NCBI GenBank assembly: GCA_965203445.1
Contig: OZ241883.1
Span: forward strand, 2,048,001-2,112,000
Direction of reading: 5' to 3'
Origin: Candidatus Oxydemutator sp.
GTDB taxonomy: Bacteria; Pseudomonadota; Gammaproteobacteria; Poriferisulfidales; Oxydemutatoraceae
DNA: 64,000 nucleotides
In this document: in pieces, positions 58,110 to 64,000 of the stretch
Position numbering within the stretch: position 1 is the first letter of the stretch
Layout: each line of letters begins with the position of its first letter
Notes under the pieces: generated by a model
What the model was told of the DNA's origin: nothing
Databases searched by the model: none
The model's input: only the letters and a program-made list of their open reading frames with translations
Program-made: the position numbers and the translations under genes

Positions 58110-58426
58110 TCTCTCTCCAACGCTCCCCATCCGCCGCCGGGGGTTTCTATTTGCAGGCGGTCGCCGGGAGGTGCGAAAAACGAGGGTTTGGCAGGCAATT
58201 CCCTGCCGTTCAGCATGTTGCGCCCGATGCTGCCTCCCTACAGCAGACCCACTATCGTTGATAGAAATCCCATTGTACCAGGCCACCCTCTCCAGGAGGG
58301 GCGCGGTCGTGGTCAAAGGCGACAACTACTCGCCACCTAGCGAGGGAGCGGCGCGCATAGACTTCGAGGACCGCGCCCCCGCGTCGCACCGCTCCCTGCG
58401 CATCGGCTGATGCAGATCAGCGTTGG

Positions 58427-59530
58427 CTATACTTCGATTTCGATCAATCGCAACTGCCGACCAAAGCTCACTCCTGCAATCTCGCAAGCGATATGGATGT
58501 TATTTCTCACTTGAAGGGTGCTGAGATTGGACCCCAACCACCAGCCATTATCCAAAGGCTTGGCTGCCGTCTCCATCAAATCCTTTCTATCTGGGGAGTA
58601 TAAATCTTCTCGCCTGCGCGCCACCAACCGCCTCGTGTTCGTTGCCACGCGAGGAGCAAATTCCGTCATGAAATTGGGGATGCGCTGAAACACATTCAGG
58701 ATTTCGATCAGGGTTTGGGTACCATTGTTAGTATCGTGCCTCTCATCGTCAAAAATAAAACCAATAATGCGACTCCTTCGCACCCGTTGAGGCCTTCTCG
58801 CCTGCCGCTCTTGTAGCATCCCTACATTCGCGTGCTCCTGTCGGACGGGAGCGGGCGCAGGAGACTGTGTCACAGTATCTGACTCAGGTTCACGACCAAA
58901 TGAAAATATACCGACGCGGTGCCTGTTCTGCCACGCCAATTCCGCGGTCTCTCTACGAGACTTTCTTCCATTAGTAAGATCGTCGGCCACGTGATCAACG
59001 ATAGCCTGCATTCCTTGTTGATTAAATAGACCATACGCGCCGTTCAGGCTCTCCCGCATAATGCCTATCGCCATCGCTACAATTTGGCCATCCGTTATGT
59101 CACTCGCCCGCAACACACGCGCAAACGCACTGTTCGGATCAATATCACGACGGAAGCTGTCGCGGATATGCTTGAGATTGGTGTTTGTCTCCTCGATTGA
59201 GGATGTCGGTATTCGAATAAGTTTTACCATTATTGCCCTCCAGGGTATGAACAGTCGAGATTTTCTTTTCTTGGTAAGATTGTCGGCCACGCGATCAACG
59301 ACAGTTTGCATTCCATGTTGATCGAATGGGCTATACGCGCTGTTTAAACTCTTCCACATAATGTCTAACGCCACCGCTGCAATTTGGCCGTCCGTTATGG
59401 CACCCGCCCGCACCGCAAGCGCAAACGCACTGTTCGGGTCAATATCACGACGGAAGCTGTCGCGAATACATTTGAGATTGGTGTTTGTCACCTCGATCGA
59501 GGATGTCGGTATTTGAATAAATTTGATCAT
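58427..59530 (-). CDS. Hypothetical protein with a tandem 100-aa duplication and a SeqA-like C-terminal domain
   Basis: aa 1-100 repeated at 101-195 (IPTSSIE.TNTNLK.IRDSFRRDIDPNSAFA); C-terminus LVARRREDLY...GWWLGSNLS...ACEIAGVSFG; GGAGGG RBS. Confidence 0.7.
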   Translation of the reverse strand: MIKFIQIPTSSIEVTNTNLKCIRDSFRRDIDPNSAFALAVRAGAITDGQIAAVALDIMWKSLNSAYSPFDQHGMQTVVDRVADNLTKKRKSRLFIPWRAIMVKLIRIPTSSIEETNTNLKHIRDSFRRDIDPNSAFARVLRASDITDGQIVAMAIGIMRESLNGAYGLFNQQGMQAIVDHVADDLTNGRKSRRETAELAWQNRHRVGIFSFGREPESDTVTQSPAPAPVRQEHANVGMLQERQARRPQRVRRSRIIGFIFDDERHDTNNGTQTLIEILNVFQRIPNFMTEFAPRVATNTRRLVARRREDLYSPDRKDLMETAAKPLDNGWWLGSNLSTLQVRNNIHIACEIAGVSFGRQLRLIEIEV

Positions 59531-59593
59531 ATCTGTTGCCCTCCTTAGGCATGAAAAGTTAAGAAATCGCAGCTGTTGCTGCTTTATATACAG

Positions 59594-59621
59594 ATCGTAA
59601 CAAAAAATTACAGCATGTCAA
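59594..59621 (-). promoter_or_regulatory. Sigma70 promoter for the 59530 gene
   Basis: TTGACA-N16-TACGAT with extended -10 TGn on the minus strand. Confidence 0.55.
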
Positions 59622-59776
59622 GCCACACAGAACACATTGACCAGCCTGACCAAATAACCTGTCCACAAACCACTCTCCCATTTGTCCAGAATGTGCTGTC
59701 TCCATACAGCCTTCCCGCAGGGAGAGAGGGTGCGGCTCTAGCAGGATGACGTTCGACACGCCTGTTTGACGCACCA

Positions 59777-59815
59777 TTGAAATGCAGCATATTTGCAGTA
59801 GAATATACTGCAAAT
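59777..59815 (+). promoter_or_regulatory. Promoter plus palindromic operator of the RHH gene
   Basis: TTGAAA-N16-TAGAAT overlapped by ATTTGCAGTA-n5-TACTGCAAAT. Confidence 0.7.
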
Positions 59816-59839
59816 CAACGCAACAAGGAGGCCGAAAAC

Positions 59840-60055
59840 ATGCCCAGATTTACCATAGATTTGTCCAGCGATATTGATCGGAAACTGACCGAAATCGCGC
59901 GCGACAACCATATCTCCAAAGGTGAAGTGATGCGCAACGCATTTGCTTTGCTCGTCCTGGCCGAAAATGAGAAAAAGAAGGGATTTTCCGTCGGAATTGT
60001 CAAAGAAAGTGACGACCATTCGCTGGAAGCGGTGGCTCGCGTGGTAGGTCTTTGA
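59840..60055 (+). CDS. Ribbon-helix-helix (CopG-like) DNA-binding protein
   Basis: MPRFTIDLSSDIDRKLTEIARDNHISKGEVMRNAF fits the RHH pattern; AAGGAGG RBS. Confidence 0.8.
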   Translation: MPRFTIDLSSDIDRKLTEIARDNHISKGEVMRNAFALLVLAENEKKKGFSVGIVKESDDHSLEAVARVVGL

Positions 60056-60316
60056 GTGGCGACCGAACGGAATAAAGACATCCACGCTGTATTCATCCCG
60101 GGCAGCAAAGTTGTAATCAATGAAAGTGAGCGCCTGAGGTTTGCCAGGCAAGTGTTAGGCATCATCGGAGTCGTCTGCGTTGCGGTGTTCGCCGCCTATG
60201 CCGTTTTCCCCGACAACAAGGCATTGGTCGCCATATTTGAACTGATCAAAATTGGCGTATTGCCTCTGATGACTCTGGTGGTGTCATTTTATTTCCCGAA
60301 CAAGGATCGGAATTGA
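60056..60316 (+). CDS. Small two-TM membrane protein
   Basis: GTG immediately after the RHH stop; two hydrophobic helices, ending VSFYFPNK. Confidence 0.7.
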   Translation: MATERNKDIHAVFIPGSKVVINESERLRFARQVLGIIGVVCVAVFAAYAVFPDNKALVAIFELIKIGVLPLMTLVVSFYFPNKDRN

Positions 60317-60350
60317 GAGAACGATTGTGCCTGATAGCCAAAAGTGTCTG

Positions 60351-61073
60351 ATGAAACAATGCAGGCTTTGTCGGAATAAAAGGGAACTGAAGTACTCTCA
60401 TATAATTCCTGAATTTTTCTATAAATGGCTTTATGACGACAAACATCGGTATCGTACTTTTTCAACGTATGAAAACCGCCCTCGCCCTATGGAACAAAAA
60501 GGCATGCGGGAACATTTACTTTGTTCGGAATGCGAAGCAAAGCTATCTGGATGGGAAACCTATGCGTGCAATATACTTACTGACGATGCGGTTCAATTCG
60601 GAGATCACGATCATCGCATTGTGATGGATGTGGATTATGAAAAATTTAAATTGTTTGAATTATCCATACTGTGGCGCGTGTCTGTTGCAAATCACCAACT
60701 TTGTAAGAGAGTTCGTTTGTCGGATCATGAAGAGGAAGATCTGCGTTCTTTTATCTCTGAGGGACGCGCACCGAAAGCAAATGAATACGGAAGTATAAAG
60801 TTTGCTCTTTTGAAAGATGATGGCAGACGACAGATGGATTACATACCTCAACCGGAACCAATATGTGATGAGAACCGTGCGATCAGCATGGCTTTTGGAG
60901 GCATTAGGTGGTTATTCATTATGGACAGTCGCCAGGTACCGAAAAAATCTGTGGAATATTTTCTGCAAGACAATGGAAAGCTTCATATTCTGAGAGACAA
61001 ATTTTCTGATGAGATAAATCGTAATTTGCCATTTGGGATAAGACTACAAGAAATGGGGCGCTTGCGGTGGTAG
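60351..61073 (+). CDS. HNH-like zinc-binding nuclease
   Basis: CRLC...SHIIP...LLCSECE pattern (HNH_5-like); AT-rich. Confidence 0.6.
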   Translation: MKQCRLCRNKRELKYSHIIPEFFYKWLYDDKHRYRTFSTYENRPRPMEQKGMREHLLCSECEAKLSGWETYACNILTDDAVQFGDHDHRIVMDVDYEKFKLFELSILWRVSVANHQLCKRVRLSDHEEEDLRSFISEGRAPKANEYGSIKFALLKDDGRRQMDYIPQPEPICDENRAISMAFGGIRWLFIMDSRQVPKKSVEYFLQDNGKLHILRDKFSDEINRNLPFGIRLQEMGRLRW

Positions 61074-61079
61074 CCTATC

Positions 61080-61833
61080 TCAAAATTGCCTGATCAATAT
61101 CATTATGGTGGTCAGCTGTACAAAGCCAAAAAAGTTATGCGCGTAATACTCCCACCGTGTTAACAACCGTCGTTGCCATTGTAACCATGCAAAATATCTC
61201 TCCACTATCCAGCACCTTTCGTGGCAGTGCAGTTTATGGCCATTCTATGTCTTACGTTTCTTGCGATTGCGTTTGTGCGGGGCTGTCATCTCTATCTCCG
61301 GAAGCGCGCAACTCTTCATCCAAACCGTCGCTATCATAAGTCGGCTTCGCTTCTATCATGTAAAAGTCAGAACTCAACTGCACCACGGTCACTTCGTGAT
61401 GGTTCGTCGCGTGTGTGCTGACCGACAGCGGCAGACTGTGCCGATCTACTATCGCCATGATTTTGACGCCTTTGCCGCGCTTTGTCCCGTCTATCTCCGC
61501 GTCGCCCTCTTTGGCCGCGGCAAACATCCCGTCTATTAAACGCTCTCTTTCGTCCACGATCTCTTCCTTGCGCAAGTCGTTGGCCAAGTCCAGCAGCAGA
61601 TCGCGCAGGGTGTTGTCCGTGCACCACTGCTGAAAGCGACGGTGCACTGCTTTGTAATTCGGATAGCATTGCGGCAGCATTTTCCATTGCGCACCCGTGT
61701 TGAGTATCCACAGGACGCCTTCGAGAACCTTTTTTGTCGGCACTGGCTTGCGGCCGGCCCGGTCCGGCGGGATGTTTTCTTCCGGGAGGTGTTTGCGTAT
61801 GCGTTCCCATTGCTCGTCGCTCAATCGCACCAT
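61080..61833 (-). pseudogene. IS5-family transposase, frameshifted
   Basis: LSDEQWERI, GVLWILNTGAQW..LP..Y...VHRRFQQW, IDG, G.K..A.VD; C-terminal WIVERYFAWL...RRL..RWE continues in another frame. Confidence 0.85.
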
Positions 61834-61893
61834 GCAATCAATCATGAACCTATCTTAAAACCAGAGACCTGCTGATAATCATACAGTGATTCT

Positions 61894-61998
61894 CCCTCTC
61901 CCTCTGGGAGAGGGTTGGGGTGAGGACCCGGATGAGAACAATAGCAACCCTCTTTTCCCTCACCCGGCCTTCGGCCACCCTCTCCCAGAGGGAGAGGG
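61894..61998. repeat. Palindromic REP-like doublet (CCCTCTCCC-n3-GGGAGAGGG family)
   Basis: CCCTCTCCCTCTGGGAGAGGG (61894-61914) and its exact reverse complement at 61978-61998. Confidence 0.85.
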
Positions 61999-62062
61999 TT
62001 TCATTATCAGGCAATTTTGAGACAAGTTCATAGTTCATTTGCTTTGAGAAAAGAACTTCGAC

Positions 62063-62671
62063 TCACGTTTCTTTATTCGGCAATGAAACCTTGCGCAAAA
62101 TATCCGTATGCGGTAGAAGCCCCCATACACGGGAAAGTTGCACCAATTGGACGAGAACCACCTGAAGCCCGGACCGGCGCGCCATCTTCATTGCAGGAAT
62201 AAAATCCGTATCCCCTGTGACCAGAATGATCCGTTCCACGGTCCTTTCGTATGAAAAAGTAGCTATGTCGAGCCCAATCTGCATATCAACTCCCTTTTGC
62301 TCATAGTTCGGTTTGTAATCACTATCGCCGAGGGGCTTCTGCTGATCCCATCTGGTTCGCCTCCAGCCCCGAAAGTGCACCGCACCGCCAAGACGAACGG
62401 CAAAGTACTTTTTGCGGGGAAGATCATCTTGCCAGAGTGCTTTTGTCGTGGACACATAGTCACGCCCAGAGACTGGATAGCGTTGTGATTTCTTATTCGG
62501 CAAGCAGTCGTAATAAAAAATGCGGAATAATTCTTCCTCTTCTTTGTCAAAGCACTTCAGCGCAAACTTCTCTATAAAATCAGCCGTATAATCTTCAGAA
62601 TCAAATCCATGGTGTTTTGTCGCAACCGCCCTCAAATAAGCGCCATCTATCAGCAAAGCTGTTTTCTTCAT
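62063..62671 (-). CDS. NYN-domain (LabA/DUF88, PIN-like) RNase
   Basis: LLIDGAY, RIFYYD, EQKGVDMQIGLDIA, LVTGDTDFIPAMKMARRSG. Confidence 0.9.
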   Translation of the reverse strand: MKKTALLIDGAYLRAVATKHHGFDSEDYTADFIEKFALKCFDKEEEELFRIFYYDCLPNKKSQRYPVSGRDYVSTTKALWQDDLPRKKYFAVRLGGAVHFRGWRRTRWDQQKPLGDSDYKPNYEQKGVDMQIGLDIATFSYERTVERIILVTGDTDFIPAMKMARRSGLQVVLVQLVQLSRVWGLLPHTDILRKVSLPNKET

Positions 62672-62732
62672 TATTGCCGCCTCGCATCAACTTTCATCGG
62701 AAGGATAGTAGCGAGGCCATACCCTACATACG

Positions 62733-62768
62733 AAAAGCCCCGGGGCCCGCCGAAACGGGCCGAGGGGT
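62733..62768 (-). terminator. Terminator-like hairpin in the NYN leader
   Basis: Sense RNA CCCC-UC-GGCCCGU-UUCG-GCGGGCC-CC-GGGG-C-UUUU. Confidence 0.65.
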
Positions 62769-62802
62769 TGGTAATCTGTTCGCTTGTGGGCGAGGTGTGT
62801 TA

Positions 62803-62831
62803 AGAATACGACACTTATTGTGTTCTGTCAA
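62803..62831 (-). promoter_or_regulatory. Near-consensus sigma70 promoter upstream of the NYN leader
   Basis: TTGACA (62831-62826)-N17-TATTCT (62808-62803). Confidence 0.75.
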
Positions 62832-63010
62832 ATCTTTGTATAGGGCCAATACATTTTAGACAAACGCACCCCCCTGCCTTCCATCAGCATCAGGCCGATG
62901 GTGGCGGCTCCTTGCCTGGTGCCATGTTGATGGGCTGGAGTATAATTTGCTGAAGGCTGTCCCAAGGCGGGGCGCCCCCAAGCCGCTTTTAAGGTCGCCC
63001 CGAGAGCAAC

Positions 63011-64000
63011 GTGCATTCCATTGCCATCAATCAGCGTCGGATTGGCTGTGGCCATCCTCCGTACGTCGTCGCCGAGTTGTCGGCGAACCACAACGGCAGC
63101 CTGGAGCGGGCGCTGCGGCTGGTCGAGGTGGCCGCCGAGGCCGGGGCCGAGGCGGTCAAGTTGCAGACCTACCGCGCCGACACGATGACCATAGATTGCG
63201 ACGCGCCGGATTTTCAGGCCGGCGGATTGTGGAGCGGCAAATCGCTCTACGAACTATACACGTGGGCGCAGATGCCGTGGGAATGGCACGAGCCGCTGTT
63301 TGCGCGCGCGCGCGAACTGGGGCTGACCGCGTTCAGTTCGCCGTTCGACGCAAGCGCCGTGGAGTATCTGGAGCGGCTTGCGGTTCCGGCCTACAAGATC
63401 GCGTCGTTCGAGCTGGGCGACGTGGCGCTGATCGGTCGCGCCGCGGCCACCGGCAAGCCGCTGATCCTGTCGACCGGCGCCTCCGATTTCGGCGAGATCG
63501 AGGAGGCGGTGGCCGCCGCGCGCGCCGCCGGGTGCCGCGAACTCGCGCTGCTGCACTGCGTAAGCGCCTACCCCGCGGCCCCCGACGACTACAGCCTCGG
63601 CGTCATCGCCGACATGGCGCGGCGCTTCGACGTTCCCGTCGGCCTGTCCGACCACACTACGGACGACGCCACTGCAATCGCCGCCGCGGCCCTCGGCGCC
63701 AGCATCATCGAGAAACACTTCACGCTGAGCCGCGACGACGGCGGCCCGGACGACAGTTTCTCGTTGGAGCCGGCGGCCCTGAAAAAACTGTGCCGCGGCG
63801 TAAAAACCGCGTGGGAGTGCGCCGGCAAGGTCGCCTACGGGGTGAAAACCGGCGAGCGCGACGCGCTGCAATTCCGCCGTTCGCTCTATGCGGTGAAGGA
63901 CGTGCGCGCCGGCGAGACGCTTACGGCGGACAACGTGCGCAGCATCCGCCCCGGGCGCGGCCTGGCGCCGAAACACTTGGACGAAGTGTTGGGCAGGAGC
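63011..64000 (+). CDS. pseI: Pseudaminic acid synthase (NeuB family), runs off window
   Basis: Manual translation from GTG 63011: PPYVVAELSANHNGSLERA, AVKLQTY, MPWEWH, YKIASFE, LHCVSAYP, GLSDHT, IEKHFTL, FRRSLY. Confidence 0.9.
   Translation, partial: MHSIAINQRRIGCGHPPYVVAELSANHNGSLERALRLVEVAAEAGAEAVKLQTYRADTMTIDCDAPDFQAGGLWSGKSLYELYTWAQMPWEWHEPLFARARELGLTAFSSPFDASAVEYLERLAVPAYKIASFELGDVALIGRAAATGKPLILSTGASDFGEIEEAVAAARAAGCRELALLHCVSAYPAAPDDYSLGVIADMARRFDVPVGLSDHTTDDATAIAAAALGASIIEKHFTLSRDDGGPDDSFSLEPAALKKLCRGVKTAWECAGKVAYGVKTGERDALQFRRSLYAVKDVRAGETLTADNVRSIRPGRGLAPKHLDEVLGRS

Larger units (their letters stand above)
61074..62030. mobile_element. Degenerate IS5-family element with nested MITE-like segment
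   Basis: 17-bp perfect inverted repeats TCTCAAAATTGCCTGAT (61078-61094 and 62006-62022), flanking TAG at 61071-73 and 62031-33; third end-like copy near 61845-61860. Confidence 0.75.

Noticed and set aside
58110-58325. N-terminal extension of the sacsin ORF to 58325
   Set aside because: The extension is GC-rich and includes REP-derived sequence. ATG 58109 has a GGAGAG RBS and marks the start of AT-rich coding composition.
59579-59593. LexA-like CTGCTTTATATACAG upstream of the 59530 gene
   Set aside because: Spacing is CTG-N9-CAG rather than N10. The similar CTGT-N6-ACAG near 59696-59709 is also off-spacing.

Overview
GC-rich (by eye about 65%) gammaproteobacterial chromosome segment, possibly from a host-associated marine lineage (inference from compact, reshuffled operons and a giant GLUG/Calx-beta surface protein). 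The core genes are clpA(partial)-clpS, nudJ-mnmA-acnA, fumC, purB, a GldA/GldF/GldG/DUF4340 ABC operon, a roughly 22-kb co-directional minus-strand run (ssb, GT4, galE, wbpL-like, capD-like, miaB, phoH, ybeY, corC, lnt, manC, leuS, lptE, M23, recA, recX, msbA, lpxK, ycaR, kdsB), MFS/uvrA, nnr-tsaE-amiC, a P19-type metal-binding protein with a Fur-like box, an NAGGN-type amidotransferase and pseI (partial). There are two accessory regions. The first is a 9.4-kb gene for a secreted protein with six GLUG+Calx-beta units in mosaic order and a dockerin-like C-terminus, directly downstream of the Gld-type ABC operon. The second is an AT-rich island (about 55.0-62.9 kb) that looks like a defence island. 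It carries a sacsin-type ATPase-DUF3883 gene, a tandem-duplicated protein with a SeqA-like C-terminus, an RHH + 2-TM gene pair with its own operator, an HNH-like nuclease, a decayed IS5 with a nested MITE/REP, and a NYN RNase preceded by a promoter, a short structured RNA, a terminator and an RBS-blocking hairpin (candidate RNA-antitoxin system). All calls come from reading the sequence and recognising motifs; no searches were run.
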